From assembly GCA_902525735.1 (NCBI GenBank), contig CABZIF010000005.1, positions 25,919 to 89,918 of the forward strand: a stretch of DNA of 64,000 bases. The letters are read 5' to 3'. This document shows positions 25,941 through 35,146 of the stretch, in pieces (the stretch's first letter is position 1; the number at the start of each line of letters is the position of its first letter). Source of the stretch: an uncultured SAR86 cluster bacterium. Its GTDB lineage: Bacteria; Pseudomonadota; Gammaproteobacteria; Magnimaribacterales; AG-339-G14. A model generated the notes under the pieces. It was given only the letters and a program-made list of their open reading frames with translations, was not told the DNA's origin and did no database searches. The translations under genes and the position numbers were made by a program.

Positions 25941-28900
25941 TTAGAAATCCATTGTTAGTTCTAGTCCAACCGTTCTTGGATCACGGTACTGCCAAGTTTG
26001 GTAGTTACCAGTAATATCCGTTGAGTTGAACTTAGTCGTTACGTTGTCTTCGTCAGTTGCGTTTCTAACGTAAAGTCTAGCAATCCAGTCACCTTGCGCT
26101 GGAATAACAGTTAAGCCCAAGTTAACTTCTTCCCAAGAATCAATTTGATCCGACAGGGTCGAGTTGAACTCTGAGTTAAACATTTCACTCTGGTAGTAAA
26201 AACTAGCAGTAGGTATCAAGGTCATGCCATTGCCCATCGCATAATTGTATGAGAAGGATAGGTTGAATGACTCCTCCGGAGCTTGCGGTAGTGAGTTACC
26301 ATCAATACTAACCAAAGCACCTTGTATAGTTTCAATTCCCATTGATCCCATAGCAGCAGTTGTTGAAGCAGCATCATAATAGTTTCGATCGCCATAAGTT
26401 GGATAAGCCGTAATAGTTGCACTATTAGAAGCTGAACTTAAAGTTCCAAGGTCATCAACCCACATTTCATGAGCTGCTTTAGTCGCATGGTTACCATTCG
26501 TGTAGGTACCATTGGCTAATGCAGTTGCAAGATCAGTCTTCTTCACAATGAATCGAGTACCAATACAAGCATCCGTTCCATCAAAGATGATGACTGTACA
26601 ACTAACCATAGCGTGCGTCGCCGAAATATCTTCAGGCATACCAATCGCTAATTTGTTGAATGGATTCAACTTTTTAACTTTAGTTTGAATCTCTGTATCT
26701 AAGAAGTTCGCCATGAAGTCCACTCTTAAGTTAGGGAATGCTTCCGGCAAGTATGTTAACTCAATCTCAGCACCTGTGATTTCCGCGTCCGAGTTGAAGT
26801 TGTACTCTGAAGCGTTGATTGTTGAAGCAATCTGGAAATCAGTGTAGTCAGTGAAAAATGCTGTTGCATTCAATCTCAATTGACCATCCATCAGATCTGT
26901 TTTCACACCAACTTCAAACGTATCAGCAACTTCCTCTTCAGTTTGTGGCGGTATGTCTACACAAGTTGCCGCTGGTCCTGCAGCCCAAGGCACTCCACCG
27001 GAACTACCCGCTGCACAAGGCTTAAAGGTTCTAGGACTTGCAGCAGCGTTAACTCCACCTGGTTTCACACCTCTGGCATAAGAAGCATAAAACAATGAAT
27101 TATCATCGTATTGCCAGTCAAAAACCACACGTCCAGCTACTGTTTCATAGTCAAACTTATCTTGTAGATATGATGGCCAACCTTTATTTAAGTAACCACT
27201 GTCTACTGCCTGCATTGATGGCACAGCACCAGCAGCTTTAACTAAAGCTGTATAGAGCGCTACATTAGCAGCTTGAGCAAAAGTACTATCTGCAGTAGCT
27301 AATTGAGCAGTTGAAGCATTCGCGAGAGTTACACCTGTAGGTAAAAGAGACAAATAAACTGCACCACCAATAGCGGTCCTAGCAGCATTACCCGCCTCAA
27401 GCGCATCTTTGGTAGTGTGATAAGCAGTTACATAGTTTTTAGTCGCAAGATTGATTGCAGCATCGTAATCAACACCATTTCTCGCTTCTTCTCGATCGAT
27501 TGCTTCTCTAGTAGATGCAACTATCGCTGCACCACTTGCTAAACCTGACTTCAAAGTGGCTTCTAACAGTGGATTATGTAAAACATCAAAATTCAAAACA
27601 CCGTTATGAACTGCGTAATCAACTAAGAATGCTTGATCAGCTGCTACTGTTGAGTCAGCTCTTAAAAGACCACCAACATTAAAACCGGCACCACTATAAG
27701 GAATACCTGCGTAGTCAACCGCCGTTAAATAGGAAGCGTCAATGGAATCTAGATCTTTAGTTTCATCGGCCCATCTGGCTCCAATCGTAAGCTTCATGTC
27801 GTCGTTAATTTGATAGTAGTATTCACCAAATACTCCAAGTGCTTGCATAGAAAACTCTGTGCTCGGACCAAAAGTTGGTAAGTAATAAGCTGCTGCAGCA
27901 CCTAACATAGTTAGTGGCGAACTTGCAGTTAAAAATCTACCGATGGATTCTTGCTCCATGTAATTAACACCCAATAGGAAGTTATGAGGTCCAGCAAAGT
28001 CTGAAGCAAATTTTGCTTCAGTATATCTAGTTTGACCTTCACCTACGTTACCATTAATAAACGTAGTTCTTTTTCCAGATTGTAAAATGTATTTTTGCTG
28101 ATAAATTCCAGTGAAATTAGTCATGCTTCCACCATAATTTTCTTCAGCGATGGTAGGACCATAAATTCCTCTTTGGCCACCGTTGACTAGATCGTACATG
28201 ATCACATTACCAGCAGTAGCATTCGCAGAAGCTAAGGCACAACTTGAACCATCGTTTACAACAATTACGCCTTGAGCGTTTGCACAACCAACTCTAGGGC
28301 CAACCGTCATATCGGTATCGGCTCTAGATTTGTGAAAACTGTCATAAGTTGCATAAGACAATGAAAGTTCACCAGCATCCAATTGATGCGCAATTTCAAA
28401 GATCACTGTTTCAGCATCGGTCTCCCAAGTAGGCTCAAAGTCTGAGTGTGTTTGCTGTCTGTTCATCCCAGTCGGACGAATTGCAGTTCCGCTCAATAAA
28501 CCCAAATCAATGTATTTTTGGTAGTTTCCACCTCTTGGTGCAATTCCTAATAAATAAGCTCCAATCATGCCATCGTAAGTACCTGCTGGGTTAGGCATGT
28601 CTTTGCCCGTTCCACCTAAGACACAACCACGATCGGGAGTAGGACTGGTTGTACAAATGTAATCACCTTTTCTAGAACGATGAGAATTTTCATTATACTG
28701 TTGGTACATTAAAGAAGCGCTCGTATCACCGTCTTGCCAGGCTAGGGTCATTCTACCCGCACCTTGATTTCGGTTGTCGTAATGAGTATCAGGCATGAAC
28801 AAGTTATCGATGTAACCATCTCTTTTCAAACCATAACCTGCAAAACGAACTGCAAAATTCTCATTAATTGGCATGTTAAACATCCCTTCAAATTTTTGTG

Positions 28901-29417
28901 TGTTGTAGTTACCAGCAGTTATTTTTGCTCTTCCATATTGCTCATCGAAATCTGGCATCGCTGAAACAACGTTGACTGCACCACCAGTAGATCCTCTTCC
29001 AAATAGTGTTCCTTGCGGACCCCTTAAAATCTCTATACGCGCAGTATCAAAATTTTCATCACCAATAGCAGAAGTTGGAATTGGTATCTCATTTAGGTGA
29101 TAACTAACTGATCCGTCGTAAGACAAACCAACTGCTAAAGCCCCAATACCTCTTAAACTAATTGATGAATCAGCGTACTGGCCTTGTCCAAATTGCAAAC
29201 TTGGTACGTTTAATTGAAGATCTGAGAAAGTTACAACCTGCTTCTCTACAAGATCATCCGCAGATAAAGCGGTTACCGCGATCGGTACGTCTTGAAGACT
29301 CTGTTCGGTACGTTGTGCCGTAACAATTACCTCTTCAAGTGAAGCTTGAGCAAACGCAGGTACTTGAAATCCAAGTGCCACAGCTACTGCCAAGCAATAT
29401 TTAATAAATCGATTCAT
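25941..29417 (-). CDS. TonB-dependent outer-membrane receptor, paralog of the downstream gene (~1158 aa)
   Basis: Same signal peptide, plug and C-terminus as its neighbour (FQVPAFAQASLEEVIVTAQRTEQSLQDVPIAV ... ELTMDF). I place the start at the ATG at 29417, preceded by GGGAGGAG. The ORF-track start at 29459 adds 14 non-signal-peptide residues. Confidence 0.9.
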   Translation of the reverse strand: MNRFIKYCLAVAVALGFQVPAFAQASLEEVIVTAQRTEQSLQDVPIAVTALSADDLVEKQVVTFSDLQLNVPSLQFGQGQYADSSISLRGIGALAVGLSYDGSVSYHLNEIPIPTSAIGDENFDTARIEILRGPQGTLFGRGSTGGAVNVVSAMPDFDEQYGRAKITAGNYNTQKFEGMFNMPINENFAVRFAGYGLKRDGYIDNLFMPDTHYDNRNQGAGRMTLAWQDGDTSASLMYQQYNENSHRSRKGDYICTTSPTPDRGCVLGGTGKDMPNPAGTYDGMIGAYLLGIAPRGGNYQKYIDLGLLSGTAIRPTGMNRQQTHSDFEPTWETDAETVIFEIAHQLDAGELSLSYATYDSFHKSRADTDMTVGPRVGCANAQGVIVVNDGSSCALASANATAGNVIMYDLVNGGQRGIYGPTIAEENYGGSMTNFTGIYQQKYILQSGKRTTFINGNVGEGQTRYTEAKFASDFAGPHNFLLGVNYMEQESIGRFLTASSPLTMLGAAAAYYLPTFGPSTEFSMQALGVFGEYYYQINDDMKLTIGARWADETKDLDSIDASYLTAVDYAGIPYSGAGFNVGGLLRADSTVAADQAFLVDYAVHNGVLNFDVLHNPLLEATLKSGLASGAAIVASTREAIDREEARNGVDYDAAINLATKNYVTAYHTTKDALEAGNAARTAIGGAVYLSLLPTGVTLANASTAQLATADSTFAQAANVALYTALVKAAGAVPSMQAVDSGYLNKGWPSYLQDKFDYETVAGRVVFDWQYDDNSLFYASYARGVKPGGVNAAASPRTFKPCAAGSSGGVPWAAGPAATCVDIPPQTEEEVADTFEVGVKTDLMDGQLRLNATAFFTDYTDFQIASTINASEYNFNSDAEITGAEIELTYLPEAFPNLRVDFMANFLDTEIQTKVKKLNPFNKLAIGMPEDISATHAMVSCTVIIFDGTDACIGTRFIVKKTDLATALANGTYTNGNHATKAAHEMWVDDLGTLSSASNSATITAYPTYGDRNYYDAASTTAAMGSMGIETIQGALVSIDGNSLPQAPEESFNLSFSYNYAMGNGMTLIPTASFYYQSEMFNSEFNSTLSDQIDSWEEVNLGLTVIPAQGDWIARLYVRNATDEDNVTTKFNSTDITGNYQTWQYRDPRTVGLELTMDF

Positions 29418-29698
29418 TGACTCCTCCCAATTGGTACAAATGAATGGTTCTAGAAACAAACTTTCTGTTTCTCAATCCATTGACTATTGAAAGGCTGAAG
29501 CATCCTGCTTCGAGTGTATATGTCTCCCCTTATTTTCGATAATACCCTAGCTTTTTTTATATGACAAGCGTTCGTATATAAATAAATCTTATTAATTTTA
29601 TATGTCAAAATAAATTTAATATTGTCTTTTTCTATCATACAAAATTACTTTTTTAAGAATGTATAATCTTCGAACGCAAACTTAAAACCGAAATTTGA

Positions 29699-30352
29699 AT
29701 GAATAAACAAGAAAGAGCTTTATATATAAAAAAAGAACTTTCAAAATTATACAAAAATCCCAAACCACCCCTTAATTTTTCGAATCCTTTTACTCTTTTA
29801 ATAGCTGTCCTTTTAAGTGCTCAATGTACAGATGAAAGAGTGAATATTGTCACCAAAGAACTCTTCAAAGCAGCAAACACTCCTAAGAAGATGCGCTCTT
29901 TAGGCATCAGAAAAATTCACGAGTACATTAAAACTTGTGGTCTAGCTCCAAAAAAATCAAAAGCAATTTACGAAACTTCAAAAATAATTATTGAAAAATT
30001 CAATTCAAGAGTACCAAAAACAATTGAAGAACTCATTACACTTCCTGGGGTAGGTCATAAGACTGCTTCGGTTGTTGTAAATCAAGCTTTTGGCTATCCT
30101 GCATTTGCGGTTGACACACACATTCATCGATTGGCACAACGTTGGAAACTTAGCAGTGGAAAAAGCGTAGAACAAACTGAAAAAGACTTAAAAAAACTTT
30201 TTCCTGAGGAAAGCTGGGGTGATTTGCATTTGCAAATTATTTTTTATGGTCGTGAATTTTGTTTGGCCAGAAAGTGTTATGGCTTAGAGTGTAAAATTTG
30301 TACAAGCCTTTTTCCTAAAAGAAGAAGTAAGGTTATAACCAAGAAGCCGTAG
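29699..30352 (+). CDS. nth: Endonuclease III (HhH-GPD DNA glycosylase/lyase)
   Basis: HhH LPGVGHKTASVV with the catalytic Lys, VDTHIHR with the catalytic Asp, and a C-terminal four-Cys cluster. Confidence 0.9.
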   Translation: MNKQERALYIKKELSKLYKNPKPPLNFSNPFTLLIAVLLSAQCTDERVNIVTKELFKAANTPKKMRSLGIRKIHEYIKTCGLAPKKSKAIYETSKIIIEKFNSRVPKTIEELITLPGVGHKTASVVVNQAFGYPAFAVDTHIHRLAQRWKLSSGKSVEQTEKDLKKLFPEESWGDLHLQIIFYGREFCLARKCYGLECKICTSLFPKRRSKVITKKP

Positions 30353-30400
30353 AAAAGATGAATAGCCAAGGTATAATTACTTTTTTATTTAAGATTAAAC

Positions 30401-31657
30401 ATGTACGGAAATAATTTATCCATAGAAACTTTTGACAAAGACCTTTGGAAAGCATTGGAGTCAGAGCGTAAGCGCCAAGAGCAGCATATAGAATTGATTG
30501 CTTCTGAAAATTATGCCTCGCCAAGAGTAATGGAAGCTCAGGGCGGTATTCTTACCAACAAGTATGCCGAAGGCTATCCTGGCAAGAGATACTACGGAGG
30601 TTGTGAGTTTGTTGATGTGGCGGAGCAATTGGCCATCGATAGAGCAAAAAAACTTTTCAAAGCAGATTTTGCCAACGTGCAACCTCATTCTGGTGCTAGT
30701 GCTAATGCCGCTATATTTTTAGCTCTTTTAAATGCTGGCGATAAAATTTTAGGAATGAGTCTTGACCATGGCGGACACTTAACTCATGGCTCTAAAGTAA
30801 ATTTTTCTGGAAAAATATATGAATCTTATAGTTATGGAATCAACCCAGAAACAGGTGACATAGATTACGATGAAGTTAAATCATTAGCCGAAGAACATCA
30901 ACCAAAATTAATAATATGTGGTTTTTCAGCTTTCTCAGGTATTTTAGATTTTAAAAAGTTCAGAGAAATAGCTGATTCGATTGGAGCATATCTATTGGCT
31001 GATATTTCTCATGTTTCTGGATTGGTAGCTGCTGGTTTGTATCCTAATCCTTTTCCCTATGCCCATGTTGTGTCTACTACCACTCACAAAACCCTTGTAG
31101 GGCCAAGGGGTGGTCTGATTCTTGCTGGTAAAGACGAAGAATTACACAAAAAACTTAATTCGGCACTTTTCCCTGGTTCCCAAGGTGGTCCTTTGATGCA
31201 TGTTATCGCTGCCAAAGCTGTATGCTTTAAAGAAGCGATGGAGCCCGAATTTGTTGAGTATCAACAACAGATCCTAAATAACGCCAAAAGAATGAGTGCT
31301 GCGTTGATTGAAAATGACATTGATGTAGTATCGAACGGCACCTCAAATCATATGTTTTTAGTCAATCTTGTAAAGAATAAGATTACCGGAAAAGTTTTGG
31401 ATGCTGCTCTGGGCCAAGCCAACATTACGGTGAATAAAAACTCAGTACCAAACGATCCACAATCTCCATTTGTAACTTCTGGGATAAGGATTGGAACGCC
31501 TGCTGTCACCAGAAGAGGTTTCAAAGAAAATGAAATGGATTTAATTGCTTCTTGGATTAAAAACATCATTGAAGACGTAGACAATGAAAAATTAATCAAT
31601 CAAACTAAGAATGAAGTAACGGACCTTTGTGGCCAGTTTCCAGTTTATTCTGAATAA
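30401..31657 (+). CDS. glyA: Serine hydroxymethyltransferase
   Basis: [22 protein letters not shown], and the PLP-lysine motif [13 protein letters not shown]. Confidence 0.97.
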   Translation: MYGNNLSIETFDKDLWKALESERKRQEQHIELIASENYASPRVMEAQGGILTNKYAEGYPGKRYYGGCEFVDVAEQLAIDRAKKLFKADFANVQPHSGASANAAIFLALLNAGDKILGMSLDHGGHLTHGSKVNFSGKIYESYSYGINPETGDIDYDEVKSLAEEHQPKLIICGFSAFSGILDFKKFREIADSIGAYLLADISHVSGLVAAGLYPNPFPYAHVVSTTTHKTLVGPRGGLILAGKDEELHKKLNSALFPGSQGGPLMHVIAAKAVCFKEAMEPEFVEYQQQILNNAKRMSAALIENDIDVVSNGTSNHMFLVNLVKNKITGKVLDAALGQANITVNKNSVPNDPQSPFVTSGIRIGTPAVTRRGFKENEMDLIASWIKNIIEDVDNEKLINQTKNEVTDLCGQFPVYSE

Positions 31658-31660
31658 AAC

Positions 31661-32113
31661 ATGCATTGCCCTTTTTGTACCTTTGAAGAAAGCAAAGTCA
31701 TAGACTCACGCCTAATTGCTGATGGCAATGAAATTCGAAGAAGAAGAGAATGTTTGAGATGCCAAGAACGTTGGACTACTTATGAGCTCGCAGAGCTTGT
31801 TATGCCTAAAATAATTAAACAAGACAACTCTAGAGTTCCATTTGACGAAATAAAGTTGAAAGAAGGTATTGCTCGCTCCTTAGAAAAAAGACCTGTGAGT
31901 GAAGAAGCTTTTCAGACTCTAATAGAAACAATAAAAAAAGAATTAAGGTCAATGGGAGAAAGAGAAGTTGCTTCAAAAACTGTTGGTGAGACGGTAATGA
32001 AAAATCTAAGAAAAATTGATGAAGTAGCCTTTGTAAGATTTGCTTCTGTTTATCGAAGTTTCCAGGATCCTTTAGAGTTTAGCGAAGAAGTTAAACGCCT
32101 AAGTGATGACTGA
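31661..32113 (+). CDS. nrdR: Transcriptional repressor NrdR
   Basis: MHCPFC...[17 protein letters not shown] zinc ribbon plus an ATP-cone domain. Confidence 0.95.
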   Translation: MHCPFCTFEESKVIDSRLIADGNEIRRRRECLRCQERWTTYELAELVMPKIIKQDNSRVPFDEIKLKEGIARSLEKRPVSEEAFQTLIETIKKELRSMGEREVASKTVGETVMKNLRKIDEVAFVRFASVYRSFQDPLEFSEEVKRLSDD

Positions 32114-33200
32114 TTCTTCTTTTATGCTGGAAGCCCTTGAGCTGGCAAAAAAAGGACAATTTACAGTGCAAAATGGTGTATGTGTCGGCTGCATAATTTC
32201 AAAAGATAATCAAATCCTTGGCCAAGGTTGGTACGAATATCACGGCGCTCCCCACGCAGAAATAAAGGCTATTGAATCAATCAAAGAAAAATACAAAGAT
32301 AATTATGAAGAGGTCTTATCGGGCAGTGTACTAACTGTAACTTTAGAACCTTGTAGCACCTTTGGAAAAACTCCTCCTTGTCTGGATGAAATTCTTAAAC
32401 ATAACTTTAAAAAAGTCATTGTCGGAGCTTTAGATCCTTCCCAATCAAGTGTCGAAAAGCTCAAAGCTGCAGGAATTGAAGTATCGCTAGAAGAAGTTCC
32501 AAATGATCTAAATAATGGTTTTTTCAGCAGTCTGTTGCTTAAAAAGCCTTACGTAAGAGCAAAGATAGCAATGTCTGAAGATCAAAAAACATCATTTATC
32601 AAAGATGATCAGCAATGGATAACTTCTGCGGAATCCAGAGAAGATGGTCAACAATATAGAGCTCTGTCTGATCTAATATTAACTGGCTCAGGTACTATTG
32701 AGAGAGACAATCCATCATTAAATGTCAGAAATAAACAAATTACAAAACTCAAAGGCTTTGAACAACCAGCTAGAGGAATAATTACTTCTTCTAAACTTGA
32801 ATCGTCACTTAATTTTTTTTCTACGCAAGGAAAAAAATATATTTTTTGTAAAGATCAAGATATTTTTGAAAACTTCAGACAAAATGAAGAAGTCTCGATT
32901 CTAGAAATAGAAAAAACAGAAAATAATAGAATTAATTTGAAGGAGCTTCTTAAAAAAATTCACTCTCTTAAGTTTAATGACATTCTGCTTGAGTCTGGGC
33001 CAACTTTAATTACTTCTTTTATAAACGAAGACTTAATAGATGAGTTCGTTATTTACATTGCTCCTAAGATGCTATCAAATACAGCTTTATCTTTTTTTGA
33101 TGGGGACGAAAGCAAGTCTCCCTTTCATTCAAAGCAGTTTCAATTAATTGAAGAATCAACAATTAAAGAAGATAAAAAATTAATTTTTAAAAGAATTTAA
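32103..33200 (+). CDS. ribD: Bifunctional diaminohydroxyphosphoribosylaminopyrimidine deaminase / 5-amino-6-(5-phosphoribosylamino)uracil reductase
   Basis: Deaminase zinc motifs HAE and [11 protein letters not shown], plus a C-terminal reductase domain. Its start overlaps the nrdR stop. Confidence 0.92.
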   Translation: MMTDSSFMLEALELAKKGQFTVQNGVCVGCIISKDNQILGQGWYEYHGAPHAEIKAIESIKEKYKDNYEEVLSGSVLTVTLEPCSTFGKTPPCLDEILKHNFKKVIVGALDPSQSSVEKLKAAGIEVSLEEVPNDLNNGFFSSLLLKKPYVRAKIAMSEDQKTSFIKDDQQWITSAESREDGQQYRALSDLILTGSGTIERDNPSLNVRNKQITKLKGFEQPARGIITSSKLESSLNFFSTQGKKYIFCKDQDIFENFRQNEEVSILEIEKTENNRINLKELLKKIHSLKFNDILLESGPTLITSFINEDLIDEFVIYIAPKMLSNTALSFFDGDESKSPFHSKQFQLIEESTIKEDKKLIFKRI

Positions 33201-33203
33201 AAG

Positions 33204-34301
33204 ATGGATTTAAACAGTACGAAAGAACTTATATCTGAAATTAAAAGAGGCAACATGGTACTCCTGATGGATGATGAGGATCGTGAAAATGAGGGCGATG
33301 TTATTCTTGCTGGAGAAAAGGTTACTGCGGAAAAAATAAACTTTATGGCTAAACACGCTCGCGGGTTGATTTGTTTGGCTATGAGTGAAAAGAAGTGCAC
33401 TGCTCTAGATTTGAACCAAATGGTTAGCGATAACAAAAGTGGGCATGGAACTGGTTTTACAGTATCTATTGAAGCAGCCTCAGGAATAACAACTGGGATT
33501 TCTGCTGCCGACCGAGCTAGAACTGTAGCGGTAGCCTCTAAAGCAAGAGCAAAAGCAAGAGACATTGTTTCGCCAGGTCATATTTTTCCAGTTAAGGCAT
33601 TGCCCGGTGGAGTTTTATCTCGCGCAGGTCATACCGAGGGCAGCACTGATCTTTGTAGATTAGCAGGACTGACCGAATCTGCAGTAATTTGCGAGGTTAT
33701 GAACGAAGACGGGACTATGGCAAGAAAAAAAGGGTTATTAGAGTTTAGTAGGAAACATAGTCTCAAAATAGGAACAATTGCTGATCTAATTAATTACAGA
33801 ATCATCAATGAACATACGGTAGAAAAGATTGAGCAAAAAATTGTCAACACTGAATTTGGGAAATTTTCTTTAATTTTATACAAAGATTCCATTACCGGAG
33901 AGACTCATGTGGTTTTTAAGAAAGGTAAAATATCAAAATCAAAACCTGTTTTGGTAAGAGTTCAACAAACAAATGTTATGCACGATCTTTTGAAGATTGA
34001 CGAATTTGGTTCGAGGTGGTCTCTTGGCGATGCGATGAAAAAAATAAATAAAGCTGGTTCTGGTTTGATTATTCTAATCGATGGCGGTCACAGTAAAGAC
34101 AACATTCCGGAAGAAATAAAACTTTTAAAAAAACCATATAAACAATCTTCTCAGGTTGGAATTGACGTAAGAAGAATAGGAGCTGGTTCTCAAATTTTAA
34201 GGGATCTCGGAGTGAAGAAACTTATTCTCATGGGCTCACAAACTAGATATCCCTCTATTTCAGGTTTTGGTTTAGAAGTAATAAAATATATCCAAAAGTG
34301 A
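33204..34301 (+). CDS. ribBA: 3,4-dihydroxy-2-butanone-4-phosphate synthase fused to a degenerate GTP cyclohydrolase II-like domain (RibBX type)
   Basis: The N-terminal RibB domain is intact (DDEDRENEGDVI, GHTEGSTDL). The C-terminal domain aligns to GCH II but lacks all three zinc-binding Cys (VRVQQTNVMHDLLKIDEFGSRWSLGD). Confidence 0.9.
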   Translation: MDLNSTKELISEIKRGNMVLLMDDEDRENEGDVILAGEKVTAEKINFMAKHARGLICLAMSEKKCTALDLNQMVSDNKSGHGTGFTVSIEAASGITTGISAADRARTVAVASKARAKARDIVSPGHIFPVKALPGGVLSRAGHTEGSTDLCRLAGLTESAVICEVMNEDGTMARKKGLLEFSRKHSLKIGTIADLINYRIINEHTVEKIEQKIVNTEFGKFSLILYKDSITGETHVVFKKGKISKSKPVLVRVQQTNVMHDLLKIDEFGSRWSLGDAMKKINKAGSGLIILIDGGHSKDNIPEEIKLLKKPYKQSSQVGIDVRRIGAGSQILRDLGVKKLILMGSQTRYPSISGFGLEVIKYIQK

Positions 34302-34759
34302 AAACAGAAAATTTAGACATTAACCTTTACCAAGACGATTATTCAAAGAAAAAAATAGTCATCATCGATACCCATTGGAATTCGGAAATAATTAAACCAA
34401 TGGTGAAAGATTGTAAGGAAACCCTCGAAGAGTACAAAGCTAATGTGCATGTGCTATCCGTACCCGGTGCTTATGAAATTCCCTATATTGTTGGAAAGTA
34501 CCTCAAATACGAACGTCCTTACTTCGATGCGATCATCACTATGGGGGCAATTATTAGAGGCGAAACACCTCATTTTGAAATTATTTCTCAATCCATCAGC
34601 GATTCGATCTTGCAGGCAAATATGCGTGGAAAAATACCAATTATTTTTGGAGTTTTAACAACGAATAGCGCTGATCAAGCAAGAGAAAGAGCATCTTATA
34701 AAGGAAAAGAACTTGCCTTGAGCACTTTAAGCGTCCTTGACATTGTTTTTGATGGCTAA
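34298..34759 (+). CDS. ribH: 6,7-dimethyl-8-ribityllumazine synthase
   Basis: 153 aa with VPGAYEIP, GAIIRGETPHFE and FGVLT motifs. Confidence 0.93.
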   Translation: MKTENLDINLYQDDYSKKKIVIIDTHWNSEIIKPMVKDCKETLEEYKANVHVLSVPGAYEIPYIVGKYLKYERPYFDAIITMGAIIRGETPHFEIISQSISDSILQANMRGKIPIIFGVLTTNSADQARERASYKGKELALSTLSVLDIVFDG

Positions 34760-35144
34760 AAAAAATCCCTCCCCGGCGAAACTTCGAGAGTTAGTCATGC
34801 AAGCTTTATATCAGAAAGAAATATCTGGTTCTTCAAACACAGATCTAATAAAACAATTCAAGCAAACCAATCGTAATTTTAATTTAAAAGGATTTGAAAA
34901 CTGCCTCAAAGAAATTAAAAAAGATATTCTGGAAATAAATTCAATTATTAAAAAACACGCTGATGTTGATATCGAACAAATTAGTAAAATCGAATTAGCC
35001 ATTTTAAGGCAAGCAATTTATGAATTGAAACAAAACGAGTTAGATAGTCCAATAATAATTAGCGAAGCAATACGGCTATCAAAAAGATTTGGGCAAGATT
35101 CTAGTCATAAATTTATAAATGCTCTTTTAGATAAAGCAAAATAA
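34752..35144 (+). CDS. nusB: Transcription antitermination factor NusB
   Basis: RELVMQALYQ ... ELAILRQAIYEL ... INEAIRLSKRFG-type pattern. The ATG at 34752 overlaps the ribH stop. The ORF-track start at 34737 is a TTG. Confidence 0.9.
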   Translation: MAKKNPSPAKLRELVMQALYQKEISGSSNTDLIKQFKQTNRNFNLKGFENCLKEIKKDILEINSIIKKHADVDIEQISKIELAILRQAIYELKQNELDSPIIISEAIRLSKRFGQDSSHKFINALLDKAK

Positions 35145-35146
35145 TT

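Noticed and set aside
25750-25944. Intergenic ORFs (64 aa plus strand here; 62 aa minus strand at 29450..29638) in the receptor upstream regions.
   Set aside because: They are AT-rich, low-complexity translations that overlap the terminator and leader sequences. They have no Shine-Dalgarno sequence or motif and are more plausibly non-coding regulatory DNA.
29418-29459. A 14-residue N-terminal extension (MFLEPFICTNWEES) of the second receptor in the ORF track.
   Set aside because: The internal ATG at 29417 is preceded by GGGAGGAG and begins a canonical signal peptide that aligns with the paralog's N-terminus. The extension has neither feature.
20955-29459. Visibly higher G+C in the thiolase and receptor genes than in their neighbours, as possible evidence of a horizontally acquired island.
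   Set aside because: Other conserved, Gly/Ala-rich or probably highly expressed genes in the window (pntB, gltB, glyA) look similarly enriched. No mobility genes, tRNA target or direct repeats flank the block. Composition alone, judged by eye, is not sufficient.
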